DNA of 64,000 bases from the NCBI GenBank assembly GCA_002269645.1, contig NIVC01002224.1, forward strand, positions 56,144-120,143. Direction: 5' to 3'. The position numbers and the translations under genes are program-made. Numbering within the stretch: the stretch's first letter is position 1; each line of letters starts with the position of its first letter. This document shows, one piece after another, positions 11,645 to 25,544 of this stretch. The stretch is from Macrostomum lignano (Eukaryota). Under the pieces are notes generated by a model. It was not told the DNA's origin, did no database searches, and saw nothing but the letters and a program-made list of their open reading frames with translations.

Positions 11645-14600
11645 AGAAGGCGCCCACTGAAGCATCGGAGGGGAGGAGGCGCCCACTGAAGCATTGGGGA
11701 GGAGGATGCGCCCACTGAAGCATCGGGGATGAGGATGCGCCCACTGAAGCATCGAGGAGGAGAAGGCGCCCACTGAAGCATCGAGGAGGAGGAGGCGCCC
11801 ACTGAAGCATTGGGGAGGAGGCGTCACTGAAGCATCGGGGAGGAGGCGTCACTGAAGCATCGGGGAGGAGGAGGCGCCCACTGAAGCATCGGGGAGGAGG
11901 CGCCACTGAAGCATCGGGAGGAGGAGGCGCCCACTGAAGCATCGGGGAGGAGGAGGCGCCCACTGAAGCATCGAGGAGGAGGATGCGCCCACTGAAGCAT
12001 CGGGGAGGAGGATGCGCCCACTGAAGCATCGAGGAGGAGAAGGCGCCCACTGAAGCATCGAGGAGGAGGAGGCGCCCACTGAAGCATCGAGGAGGAGGAG
12101 GCGCCCACTGAAGCATCGGGGAGGAGGCGTCACTGAAGCATCGGGGAGGAGAAGGCGCCCACTGAAGCATCGGGGAGGAGGCGCCACTGAAGCATCGGGG
12201 AGGAGGAGGCGCCCACTGAAGCATCGGGGAGGAGGAGGCGCCCACTGAAGCATCGGGGAGGAGGAGGCGCCCACTGAAGCATCGGGGAGGAGGCGCCACT
12301 GAAGCATCGGGGAGGAGGAGGCGCCCACTGAAGCATCGGGGAGGAGGAGGCGCCCACTGAAGCATCGAGGAGGAGGATGCGCCCACTGAAGCATCGGGGA
12401 GGAGGATGCGCCCACTGAAGCATCGGGGAGGGGGAGGAGGCGCCCACTGAAGCATCGGGGAGGAGGAGGCGCCCACTGAAATATCGGGGAGGAAGCGCCA
12501 CTGAAGCATCGGGGAGGAGGAGGCGCCCACTGAAGCATCGGGGAGGAGGCGTCACTGAGGCATCGGGGAGGAGGCGTCACTGAAGCATTGGGGAGGAGGC
12601 GTCACTGAAGCATCGGGGAGGAGGAGGCGCCCACTGAAGCATCGGGGAGGAGGCGCCACTGAAGCATCGGGGAGGAGGAGGCGCCCACTGAAGCATCGGG
12701 GAGGAGGAGGCGCCCACTGAAGCATCGAGGAGGAGGATGCGCCCACTGAAGCATCGGGGAGGAGGATGCGCCCACTGAAGCATCGAGGAGGAGAAGGCGC
12801 CCACTGAAGCATCGAGGAGGAGGAGGCGCCCACTGAAGCATCGAGGAGGAGGAGGCGCCCACTGAAGCATTGGGGAGGAGGCGTCACTGAAGCATCGGGG
12901 AGGAGGCGTCACTGAAGCATCGGGGAGGAGGAGGCGCCCACTGAAGCATCGGGGAGGAGGCGCCACTGAAGCATCGGGGAGGAGGAGGCGCCCACTGAAG
13001 CATCGGGAGGAGGAGGCGCCCACTGAAGCATCGGGGAGGAGGATGCGCCCACTGAAGCATCGAGGAGGAGGATGCGCCCACTGAAGCATCGGGGAGGAGG
13101 ATGCGCCCACTGAAGCATCGAGGAGGAGAAGGCGCCCACTGAAGCATCGAGGAGGAGGATGCGCCCACTGAAGCATCGAGGAGGAGGAGGCGCCCACTGA
13201 AGCATCGGGGAGGAGGCGTCACTGAAGCATCGGGGAGGAGAAGGCGCCCACTGAAGCATCGGGAGGAGGCGCCACTGAAGCATCGGGGAGGAGGAGGCGC
13301 CCACTGAAGCATCGGGGAGGAGGACTGAAGCATCGGGGAGGAGGAGGCGCCCACTGAAGCATCGGGGAGGAGGCGCCACTGAAGCATCGGGGAGGAGGAG
13401 GCGCCCACTGAAGCATCGGGGAGGAGGAGGCGCCCACTGAAGCATCGAGGAGGAGGATGCGCCCACTGAAGCATCGGGGAGGAGGATGCGCCCACTGAAG
13501 CATCGGGGAGGGGGAGGAGGCGCCCACTGAAGCATCGGGGAGGAGGAGGCGCCCACTGAAATATCGGGGAGGAAGCGCCACTGAAGCATCGGGGAGGAGG
13601 AGGCGCCCACTGAAGCATCGGGAGGAGGCGTCACTGAGGCATCGGGGAGGAGGCGTCACTGAAGCATTGGGGAGGAGGCGTCACTGAAGCATCGGGGAGG
13701 AGGAGGCGCCCACTGAAGCATCGGGGAGGAGGCGCCACTGAAGCATCGGGGAGGAGGAGGCGCCCACTGAGGCATCGGGGAGGAGGAGAAGGCGCCCACT
13801 GAAGAATCGGGGAGGAGGAGGCGCCCACTGAAGCATCGGGGAGGAGGATGCGCCCACTGAAGCATCGGGGAGGAGGAGGCGCCCACTGAAGCATCGGGGA
13901 GGAGGAGGAGGCGCCCACTGAGGCATCGGGGAGGAGGAGGCGCCCACTGAAGCATTGGGGAGGAGGCGCCCACTGAAGCATCGGGGAGGAGGCGTCACTG
14001 AGGCATCGGGGAGGAGGAGGCGCCCACTGAGGCATCGGGGAGGAGGCGCCACTGAAGCATCGGGGAGGAGGAGGCGCCCACTGAAGCATCGGGAGGAGGA
14101 GGCGCCCACTGAAGCATCGGGGAGGAGGAGGCGCCCACTGAAGCATCGAGGAGGAGGATGCGCCCACTGAAGCATCGGGGAGGAGGATGCGCCCACTGAA
14201 GCATCGAGGAGGAGAAGGCGCCCACTGAAGCATCGAGGAGGAGGAGGCGCCCACTGAAGCATCGAGGAGGAGGAGGCGCCCACTGAAGCATCGGGGAGGA
14301 GGCGTCACTGAAGCATCGGGGAGGAGAAGGCGCCCACTGAAGCATCGGGGAGGAGGCGCCACTGAAGCATCGGGGAGGAGAAGGCGCCCACTGAAGCATC
14401 GACGAGGAGGAGGCGCCCACTGAAGCATCGAGGAGGAGGAGGCGCCCACTGAAGCATCGGGGAGGAGGCGTCACTGAAGCATCGGGGAGGAGAAGGCGCC
14501 CACTGAAGCATCGGGGAGGAGGCGCCACTGAAGCATCGGGGAGGAGGAGGCGCCCACTGAAGCATCGGGGAGGAGGAGGCGCCCACTGAAGCATCGGGGA

Positions 14601-17600
14601 GGAGGAGGCGCCCACTGAAGCATCGGGGAGGAGGCGCCACTGAAGCATCGGGGAGGAGGAGGCGCCCACTGAAGCATCGGGGAGGAGGAGGCGCCCACTG
14701 AAGCATCGAGGAGGAGGATGCGCCCACTGAAGCATCGGGGAGGAGGATGCGCCCACTGAAGCATCGGGGAGGGGAGGAGGCGCCCAAATCGGGGAGGAGG
14801 AGGCGCCCACTGAAATATCGGGGAGGAAGCGCCACTGAAGCATCGGGGAGGAGGAGGCGCCCACTGAAGCATCGGGGAGGAGGCGTCACTGAGGCATCGG
14901 GGAGGAGGCGTCACTGAAGCATTGGGGAGGAGGCGTCACTGAAGCATCGGGGAGGAGGAGGCGCCCACTGAAGCATCGGGGAGGAGGCGCCACTGAAGCA
15001 TCGGGGAGGAGGAGGCGCCCACTGAAGCATCGGGGAGGAGGAGGCGCCCACTGAAGCATCGAGGAGGAGGATGCGCCCACTGAAGCATCGGGGAGGAGGA
15101 GCGCCCACTGAAGCATCGAGGAGGAGAAGGCGCCCACTGAAGCATCGAGGAGGAGGAGGCGCCCACTGAAGCATCGGGAGGAGGAGGCGCCCACTGAAGC
15201 ATCGGGGAGGAGGCGCACTGAAGCATCGGGGAGGAGGCGCACTGAAGCATCGGGGAGGAGGAGGCGCCCACTGAAGCATCGGGGAGGAGGCGCCACTGAA
15301 GCATCGGGAGGAGGAGGCGCCCACTGAAGCATCGGGAGGAGGAGGCGCCCACTGAAGCATCGGGAGGAGGAGGCGCCCACTGAAGCATCGAGGAGGAGGA
15401 TGCGCCCACTGAAGCATCGGGGAGGAGGAGCGCCCACTGAAGCATCGAGGAGGAGAGGCGCCACTGAAGCATCGAGGAGGAGGAGGCGCCCACTGAAGCA
15501 TCGGGAGGAGGAGGCGCCCACTGAAGCATCGGGGAGGAGGCGTCACTGAAGCATCGGGGAGGAGAGGCGCCCACTGAAGCATCGGGGAGGAGGCGCCACT
15601 GAAGCATCGGGGAGGAGGAGGCGCCCACTGAAGCATCGGGAGGAGGAGGCGCCCACTGAAGCATCGGGGAGGAGGCGCCACTGAAGCATCGGGGAGGAGG
15701 AGGCGCCCACTGAAGCATCGAGGAGGAGGAGGCGCCCACTGAAGCATTGGGGAGGAGGCGTCACTGAAGCATCGGGGAGGAGGCGTCACTGAAGCATCGG
15801 GGAGGAGGAGGCGCCCACTGAAGCATCGGGGAGGAGGCGCCACTGAAGCATCGGGGAGGAGGAGGCGCCCACTGAAGCATCGGGGAGGAGGAGGCGCCCA
15901 CTGAAGCATCGAGGAGGAGGATGCGCCCACTGAAGCATCGGGGAGGAGGATGCGCCCACTGAAGCATCGGGAGGAGGGCGCCACTGAAGCATCGGGAGGA
16001 GGAGGCGCCCACTGAAGCATCGAGGAGGAGGAGGCGTGGGGAGGAGGCGTCACTGAAGCATCGGGGAGGAGGAGGCGCCCACTGAAGCATCGGGGAGGAG
16101 GCGCCACTGAAGCATCGGGGAGGAGGAGGCGCCCACTGAAGCATCGGGGAGGAGGAGGCGCCCACTGAAGCATCGGGGAGGAGGAGGCGCCCACTGAAGC
16201 ATCGGGGAGGAGGCGCCACTGAAGCATCGGGAGGAGGAGGCGCCCACTGAAGCATCGGGGAGGAGGAGGCGCCCACTGAAGCATCGAGGAGGAGGATGAA
16301 GCATCGGGGAGGCGCCCACTGAAGCATCGGGAGGGGGAGGCGCCCACTGAAGCATCGGGGAGGAGGAGGCGCCCACTGAAATATCGGGGAGGAAGCGCCA
16401 CTGAAGCATCGGGGAGGAGGAGGCGCCCACTGAAGCATCGGGGAGGAGGCGTCACTGAGCATCGGGGAGGAGGCGTCACTGAAGCATTGGGGAGGAGGCG
16501 TCACTGAAGCATCGGGGAGGAGGAGGCGCCCACTGAAGCATCGGGGAGGAGGCGCCACTGAAGCATCGGGGAGGAGGAGGCGCCCACTGAAGCATCGGGG
16601 AGGAGGAGGCGCCCACTGAAGCATCGAGGAGGAGGATGCGCCCACTGAAGCATCGGGGAGGAGGAGCGCCCACTGAAGCATCGAGGAGGAGAAGGCGCCC
16701 ACTGAAGCATCGAGGAGGAGGAGGCGCCCACTGAAGCATCGAGGAGGAGGAGGCGCCCACTGAAGCATTGGGGAGGAGGCGTCACTGAAGCATCGGGAGG
16801 AGGCGTCACTGAAGCATCGGGGAGGAGGAGGCGCCCACTGAAGCATCGGGGAGGAGGCGCCACTGAAGCATCGGGGAGGAGGAGGCGCCCACTGAAGCAT
16901 CGGGGAGGAGGAGGCGCCCACTGAAGCATCGGGGAGGAGGATGCGCCCACTGAAGCATCGAGGAGGAGGATGCGCCCACTGAAGCATCGGGGAGGAGGAT
17001 GCGCCCACTGAAGCATCGAGGAGGAGAAGGCGCCCACTGAAGCATCGAGGAGGAGGATGCGCCCACTGAAGCATCGAGGAGGAGGAGGCGCCCACTGAAG
17101 CATCGGGGAGGAGGCGTCACTGAAGCATCGGGGAGGAGAGGCGCCCACTGAAGCATCGGGGAGGAGGCGCCACTGAAGCATCGGGGAGGAGGAGGCGCCC
17201 ACTGAAGCATCGGGGAGGAGGAGGCGCCCACTGAAGCATCGGGGAGGAGGAGGCGCCCACTGAAGCATCGGGAGGAGGCGCCACTGAAGCATCGGGGAGG
17301 AGGAGGCGCCCACTGAAGCATCGGGGAGGAGGCGCCACTGAAGCATCGGGGAGGAGGATGCGCCCACTGAAGCATCGGGGAGGAGGATGCGCCCACTGAA
17401 GCATCGGGGAGGGGGAGGAGGCGCCCACTGAAGCATCGGGGAGGAGGAGGCGCCCACTGAAATATCGGGGAGGAAGCGCCACTGAAGCATCGGGGAGGAG
17501 GAGGCGCCCACTGAAGCATCGGGGAGGAGGCGTCACTGAGCATCGGGGAGGAGGCGTCACTGAAGCATGGGGAGGAGGCGTCACTGAAGCATCGGGAGGA

Positions 17601-20600
17601 GGAGGCGCCCACTGAAGCATCGGGGAGGAGGCGCCACTGAAGCATCGGGGAGGAGGAGGCGCCCACTGAAGCATCGGGGAGGAGGAGAAGGCGCCCACTG
17701 AAGCATCGGGGAGGAGGAGGCGCCCACTGAAGCATCGGGAGGAGGAGCGCCCACTGAAGCATCGGGGAGGAGGAGGAGGCGCCCACTGAAGCATCGGGGA
17801 GGAGGAGGAGGCGCCCACTGAGGCATCGGGGAGGAGGAGGCGCCCACTGAAGCATTGGGGAGGAGGCGCCCACTGAAGCATCGGGGAGGAGGCGTCACTG
17901 AGCATCGGGGAGGAGGAGGCGCCCACTGAGCATCGGGGAGGAGGCGCCACTGAAGCATCGGGGAGGAGGAGGCGCCCACTGAAGCATCGGGGAGGAGGAG
18001 GCGCCCACTGAAGCATCGGGGAGGAGGAGGCGCCCACTGAAGCATCGAGGAGGAGGATGCGCCCACTGAAGCATCGGGGAGGAGGATGCGCCCACTGAAG
18101 CATCGAGGAGGAGAGGCGCCCACTGAAGCATCGAGGAGGAGGAGGCGCCCACTGAAGCATCGAGGAGGAGGAGGCGCCCACTGAAGCATCGGGGAGGAGG
18201 CGTCACTGAAGCATCGGGGAGGAGAAGGCGCCCACTGAAGCATCGGGGAGGAGGCGCCACTGAAGCATCGGGGAGGAGAAGGCGCCCACTGAAGCATCGA
18301 CGAGGAGGAGGCGCCCACTGAAGCATCGAGGAGGAGGAGGCGCCCACTGAAGCATCGGGGAGGAGGCGTCACTGAAGCATCGGGGAGGAGAGGCGCCCAC
18401 TGAAGCATCGGGGAGGAGGCGCCACTGAAGCATCGGGGAGGAGGAGGCGCCCACTGAAGCATCGGGGAGGAGGAGGCGCCCACTGAAGCATCGGGGAGGA
18501 GGAGGCGCCCACTGAAGCATCGGGGAGGAGGCGCCACTGAAGCATCGGGGAGGAGGAGGCGCCCACTGAAGCATCGGGGAGGAGGAGGCGCCCACTGAAG
18601 CATCGAGGAGGAGGATGCGCCCACTGAAGCATCGGGGAGGAGGATGCGCCCACTGAAGCATCGGGAGAGGAGGAGGCGCCCACTGAAGCATCGGGGAGGA
18701 GGAGGCGCCCACTGAAATATCGGGGAGGAAGCGCCACTGAAGCATCGGGGAGGAGGAGGCGCCCACTGAAGCATCGGGGAGGAGGCGTCACTGAGCATCG
18801 GGGAGGAGGCGTCACTGAAGCATTGGGGAGGAGGCGTCACTGAAGCATCGGGGAGGAGGAGGCGCCCACTGAAGCATCGGGGAGGCGCCACTGAAGCATC
18901 GGGGAGGAGGAGGCGCCCACTGAAGCATCGGGGAGGAGGAGGCGCCCACTGAAGCATCGAGGAGGAGGATGCGCCCACTGAAGCATCGGGGAGGAGGATG
19001 CGCCCACTGAAGCATCGAGGAGGAGAAGGCGCCCACTGAAGCATCGAGGAGGAGGAGGCGCCCACTGAAGCATCGAGGAGGAGGAGGCGCCCACTGAAGC
19101 ATGGGGAGGAGGCGTCACTGAAGCATCGGGGAGGAGGCGTCACTGAAGCATCGGGGAGGAGGAGGCGCCCACTGAAGCATCGGGGAGGAGGCGCCACTGA
19201 AGCATCAGGGAGGAGGAGGCGCCCACTGAAGCATCGGGGAGGAGGAGGCGCCCACTGAAGCATCGGGGAGGAGGAGGCGCCCACTGAAGCATCGAGGAGG
19301 AGGATGCGCCCACTGAAGCATCGGGGAGGAGGATGCGCCCACTGAAGCATCGAGGAGGAGAAGGCGCCCACTGAAGCATCGAGGAGGAGGAGGCGCCCAC
19401 TGAAGCATCGAGGAGGAGGAGGCGCCCACTGAAGCATCGGGGAGGAGGCGTCACTGAAGCATCGGGGAGGAGAAGGCGCCCACTGAAGCATCGGGAGGAG
19501 GCGCCACTGAAGCATCGGGGAGGAGGAGGCGCCCACTGAAGCATCGGGGAGGAGGAGGCGCCCACTGAAGCATCGGGGAGGAGGCGCCACTGAAGCATCG
19601 GGGAGGAGGAGGCGCCCACTGAAGCATCGGGGAGGAGGAGGCGCCCACTGAAGCATCGAGGAGGAGGATGCGCCCACTGAAGCATCGGGGAGGAGGATGC
19701 GCCCACTGAAGCATCGGGGAGGGGAGGAGGCGCCCACTGAAGCATCGGGAGGAGGAGGCGCCCACTGAAATATCGGGGAGGAAGCGCCACTGAAGCATCG
19801 GGGAGGAGGAGGCGCCCACTGAAGCATCGGGGAGGAGGCGTCACTGAGGCATCGGGGAGGAGGCGTCACTGAAGCATTGGGGAGGAGGCGTCACTGAAGC
19901 ATCGGGGAGGAGGAGGCGCCCACTGAAGCATCGGGGAGGAGGCGCCACTGAAGCATCGGGGAGGAGGAGGCGCCCACTGAGGCATCGGGGAGGAGGAGGA
20001 GGCGCCCACTGAGGCATCGGGGAAGAGGAGGAGGCGCCCACTGAAGCATCGGGGAGGAGGATGCGCCCACTGAAGCATCGGGGAGGAGGAGGAGGCGCCC
20101 ACTGAAGCATCGGGGAGGAGGAGGAGGCGCCCACTGAGCATCGGGGAGGAGGAGGCGCCCACTGAAGCATTGGGAGGAGGCGCCCACTGAAGCATCGGGG
20201 AGGAGGCGTCACTGAGGCATCGGGGAGGAGGAGGCGCCCACTGAGCATCGGGGAGGAGGCGCCACTGAAGCATCGGGGAGGAGGAGGCGCCCACTGAAGC
20301 ATCGGGGAGGAGGAGGCGCCCACTGAAGCATCGGGGAGGAGGAGGCGCCCACTGAAGCATCGAGGAGGAGGATGCGCCCACTGAAGCATCGGGGAGGAGG
20401 CGTCACTGAAGCATCGGGGAGGAGAGGCGCCCACTGAAGCATCGGGGAGGAGGCGCCACTGAAGCATCGGGGAGGAGAAGGCGCCCACTGAAGCATCGAG
20501 GAGGAGGAGGCGCCCACTGAAGCATCGAGGAGGAGGCGCCCACTGAAGCATCGGGGAGGAGGAGGCGCCCACTGAGCATCGGGGAGGAGGCGCCACTGAA

Positions 20601-23600
20601 GCATCGGGGAGGAGGAGGCGCCCACTGAAGCATCGGGGAGGAGGAGGCGCCCACTGAAGCATCGGGGAGGAGGAGGCGCCCACTGAAGCATCGAGGAGGA
20701 GGATGCGCCCACTGAAGCATCGGGGAGGAGGATGCGCCCACTGAAGCATCGAGGAGGAGAAGGCGCCCACTGAAGCATCGAGGAGGAGGAGGCGCCCACT
20801 GAAGCATCGAGGAGGAGGAGGCGCCCACTGAAGCATCGGGGAGGAGGCGTCACTGAAGCATCGGGGAGGAGAAGGCGCCCACTGAAGCATCGGGGAGGAG
20901 GCGTCACTGAAGCATCGGGAGGAGGAGGCGCCCACTGAAGCATCGGGGAGGAGGAGGCGCCCACTGAAGCATCGGGGAGGAGGCGCCACTGAAGCATCGG
21001 GGAGGAGGAGGCGCCCACTGAAGCATCGGGGAGGAGGAGGCGCCCACTGAAGCATCGGGGAGGAGGCGCCACTGAAGCATCGGGGAGGAGGAGGCGCCCA
21101 CTGAAGCATCGGGGAGGAGGAGGCGCCCACTGAAGCATCGAGGAGGAGGATGCGCCCACTGAAGCATCGGGGAGGAGGATGCGCCCACTGAAGCATCGGG
21201 GAGGGGGAGGAGGCGCCCACTGAAGCATCGGGAGGAGGAGGCGCCCACTGAAATATCGGGGAGGAAGCGCCACTGAAGCATCGGGGAGGAGGAGGCGCCC
21301 ACTGAAGCATCGGGGAGGAGGCGTCACTGAGGCATCGGGGAGGAGGCGTCACTGAAGCATTGGGGAGGAGGCGTCACTGAAGCATCGGGGAGGAGGAGGC
21401 GCCCACTGAAGCATCGGGGAGGAGGCGCCACTGAAGCATCGGGGAGGAGGAGGCGCCCACTGAAGCATCGGGGAGGAGGAGGCGCCCACTGAAGCATCGA
21501 GGAGGAGGATGCGCCCACTGAAGCATCGGGGAGGAGGATGCGCCCACTGAAGCATCGAGGAGGAGAAGGCGCCCACTGAAGCATCGAGGAGGAGGAGGCG
21601 CCCACTGAAGCATCGAGGAGGAGGAGGCGCCCACTGAAGCATTGGGGAGGAGGCGTCACTGAAGCATCGGGGAGGAGGCGTCACTGAAGCATCGGGGAGG
21701 AGGAGGCGCCCACTGAAGCATCGGGGAGGAGGCGCCACTGAAGCATCAGGGAGGAGGAGGCGCCCACTGAAGCATCGGGGAGGAGGAGGCGCCCACTGAA
21801 GCATCGGGGAGGAGGAGGCGCCCACTGAAGCATCGAGGAGGAGGATGCGCCCACTGAAGCATCGGGGAGGAGGATGCGCCCACTGAAGCATCGAGGAGGA
21901 GAAGGCGCCCACTGAAGCATCGAGGAGGAGGAGGCGCCCACTGAAGCATCGAGGAGGAGGAGGCGCCCACTGAAGCATCGGGGAGGAGGCGTCACTGAAG
22001 CATCGGGGAGGAGAAGGCGCCCACTGAAGCATCGGGGAGGAGGCGCCACTGAAGCATCGGGGAGGAGGAGGCGCCCACTGAAGCATCGGGGAGGAGGAGG
22101 CGCCCACTGAAGCATCGGGGAGGAGGCGCCACTGAAGCATCGGGGAGGAGGAGGCGCCCACTGAAGCATCGGGAGGAGGAGGCGCCCACTGAAGCATCGA
22201 GGAGGAGGATGCGCCCACTGAAGCATCGGGGAGGAGGATGCGCCCACTGAAGCATCGGGGAGGAGGATGCGCCCACTGAAGCATCGGGGAGGAGGAGGCG
22301 CCCACTGAAATATCGGGGAGGAAGCGCCACTGAAGCATCGGGGAGGAGGAGGCGCCCACTGAAGCATCGGGGAGGAGGCGTCACTGAGCATCGGGGAGGA
22401 GGCGTCACTGAAGCATGGGGAGGAGGCGTCACTGAAGCATCGGGGAGGAGGAGGCGCCCACTGAAGCATCGGGGAGGAGGCGCCACTGAAGCATCGGGGA
22501 GGAGGAGGCGCCCACTGAGCATCGGGAGGAGGAGGAGGCGCCCACTGAGCATCGGGAGAGGAGGAGGCGCCCACTGAAGCATCGGGGAGGAGGATGCGCC
22601 CACTGAAGCATCGGGGAGGAGGAGGAGGCGCCCACTGAAGCATCGGGAGGAGGAGGAGGCGCCCACTGAGGCATCGGGGAGGAGGAGGCGCCCACTGAAG
22701 CATTGGGGAGGAGGCGCCCACTGAAGCATCGGGGAGGAGGCGTCACTGAGGCATCGGGAGGAGGAGGCGCCCACTGAGGCATCGGGGAGGAGGCGCCACT
22801 GAAGCATCGGGGAGGAGGAGGCGCCCACTGAAGCATCGGGGAGGAGGAGGCGCCCACTGAAGCATCGGGGAGGAGGAGGCGCCCACTGAAGCATCGAGGA
22901 GGAGGATGCGCCCACTGAAGCATCGGGGAGGAGGCGTCACTGAAGCATCGGGGAGGAGAAGGCGCCCACTGAAGCATCGGGGAGGAGGCGCCACTGAAGC
23001 ATCGGGGAGGAGAAGGCGCCCACTGAAGCATCGAGGAGGAGGAGGCGCCCACTGAAGCATCGAGGAGGAGGAGGCGCCCACTGAAGCATCGGGGAGGAGG
23101 AGGCGCCCACTGAGGCATCGGGGAGGAGGCGCCACTGAAGCATCGGGGAGGAGGAGGCGCCCACTGAAGCATCGGGGAGGAGGAGGCGCCCACTGAAGCA
23201 TCGGGGAGGAGGAGGCGCCCACTGAAGCATCGAGGAGGAGGATGCGCCCACTGAAGCATCGGGGAGGAGGATGCGCCCACTGAAGCATCGAGGAGGAGAA
23301 GGCGCCCACTGAAGCATCGAGGAGGAGGAGGCGCCCACTGAAGCATCGAGGAGGAGGAGGCGCCCACTGAAGCATCGGGGAGGAGGCGTCACTGAAGCAT
23401 CGGGGAGGAGAAGGCGCCCACTGAAGCATCGGGGAGGAGGCGTCACTGAAGCATCGGGGAGGAGGAGGCGCCCACTGAAGCATCGGGGAGGAGGAGGCGC
23501 CCACTGAAGCATCGGGGAGGAGGCGCCACTGAAGCATCGGGGAGGAGGAGGCGCCCACTGAAGCATCGGGGAGGAGGAGGCGCCCACTGAAGCATCGAGG

Positions 23601-25515
23601 AGGAGGATGCGCCCACTGAAGCATCGGGGAGGAGGATGCGCCCACTGAAGCATCGGGGAGGGGGAGGAGGCGCCCACTGAAGCATCGGGAGGAGGAGGCG
23701 CCCACTGAAATATCGGGGAGGAAGCGCCACTGAAGCATCGGGGAGGAGGAGGCGCCCACTGAAGCATCGGGGAGGAGGCGTCACTGAGCATCGGGGAGGA
23801 GGCGTCACTGAAGCATTGGGGAGGAGGCGTCACTGAAGCATCGGGGAGGAGGAGGCGCCCACTGAAGCATCGGGGAGGAGGCGCCACTGAAGCATCGGGG
23901 AGGAGGAGGCGCCCACTGAGCATCGGGGAGGAGGAGAAGGCCCACTGAAGAATCGGGGAGGAGGAGGCGCCCACTGAAGCATCGGGGAGGAGAATGCGCC
24001 CACTGAAGCATCGGGGAGGAGGAGGAGGCGCCCACTGAAGCATCGGGGAGGAGGAGGAGGCGCCCACTGAGGCATCGGGGAGGAGGAGGCGCCCACTGAA
24101 GCATTGGGGAGGAGGCGCCCACTGAAGCATCGGGGAGGAGGCGTCACTGAGGCATCGGGGAGGAGGAGGCGCCCACTGAGGCATCGGGGAGGAGGCGCCA
24201 CTGAAGCATCGGGGAGGAGGAGGCGCCCACTGAAGCATCGGGGAGGAGGAGGCGCCCACTGAAGCATCGGGGAGGAGGAGGCGCCCACTGAAGCATCGAG
24301 GAGGAGGATGCGCCCACTGAAGCATCGGGGAGGAGGATGCGCCCAGTGAAGCATCGAGGAGGAGAAGGCGCCCACTGAAGCATCGAGGAGGAGGAGGCGC
24401 CCACTGAAGCATCGAGGAGGAGGAGGCGCCCACTGAAGCATCGGGGAGGAGGCGTCACTGAAGCATCGGGGAGGAGGAGGCGCCCACTGAAGCATCGGGG
24501 AGGAGGCGCCACTGAAGCATCGGGGAGGAGGAGGCGCCCACTGAAGCATCGGGGAGGAGGAGGCGCCCACTGAAGCATCGGGGAGGAGGCGCCACTGAAG
24601 CATCGGGGAGGAGGAGGCGCCCACTGAAGCATCGGGGAGGAGGAGGCGCCCACTGAAGCATCGAGGAGGAGGATGCGCCCACTGAAGCATCGGGGAGGAG
24701 GATGCGCCCACTGAAGCATCGGGGAGGGGGAGGAGGCGCCCACTGAAGCATCGGGGAGGAGGAGGCGCCCACTGAAATATCGGGGAGGAAGCGCCACTGA
24801 AGCATCGGGGAGGAGGAGGCGCCCACTGAAGCATCGGGGAGGAGGCGTCACTGAGGCATCGGGGAGGAGGCGTCACTGAAGCATTGGGGAGGAGGCGTCA
24901 CTGAAGCATCGGGGAGGAGGAGGCGCCCACTGAAGCATCGGGGAGGAGGCGCCACTGAAGCATCGGGGAGGAGGAGGCGCCCACTGAGGCATCGGGGAGG
25001 AGGAGAAGGCGCCCACTGAAGAATCGGGGAGGAGGAGGCGCCCACTGAAGCATCGGGGAGGAGGATGCGCCCACTGAAGCATCGGGGAGGAGGAGGAGGC
25101 GCCCACTGAAGCATCGGGGAGGAGGAGGAGGCGCCCACTGAGGCATCGGGGAGGAGGAGGCGCCCACTGAGGCATCGGGGAAGAGGAGGAGGCGCCCACT
25201 GAAGCATCGGGGAGGAGGAGGAGGCGCCCACTGAGGCATCGGGGAGGAGGAGGCGCCCACTGAGGCATCGGGGAAGAGGAGGAGGCGCCCACTGAGGCAT
25301 CGGGGAAGAGGAGGAGGCGCCCACTGAAGCATCGGGGAGGAGGAGGCGCCCATTGAAGCATCGGGGAGGAGGAGGAGGCGCCCACTGAGGCATCGGGGAG
25401 GAGGAGGCGCTCACTGAAGCATCGGGGAGGAGGAGGAGGCGCTCACTGAAGCATCGGGGGGAAGGAGGCGCCACTGAAGCATCGGGGAGGAGGAGGCGCC
25501 CACTGAAGCATCGGG
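11645..25515. repeat. GGA-rich minisatellite array 2 (~13.9 kb, 25-32 bp unit GCCCACTGAAGCATCGGGGAGGAGGAGGC), same family as array 1
   Basis: Continuous tandem array ending about 30 nt from the cpo donor at 25544. Marker variants define higher-order periods. Confidence 0.97.
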
Positions 25516-25544
25516 GAGCCGCTGGCACAGAACGGGAGGGTCAC

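Noticed and set aside
1256-25528. Dozens of long minus-strand ORFs (MLQWAPPPPRCFSG..., up to 762 aa)
   Set aside because: They are translations of a minisatellite whose minus strand lacks stop codons. They appear in all three frames and lie inside introns.
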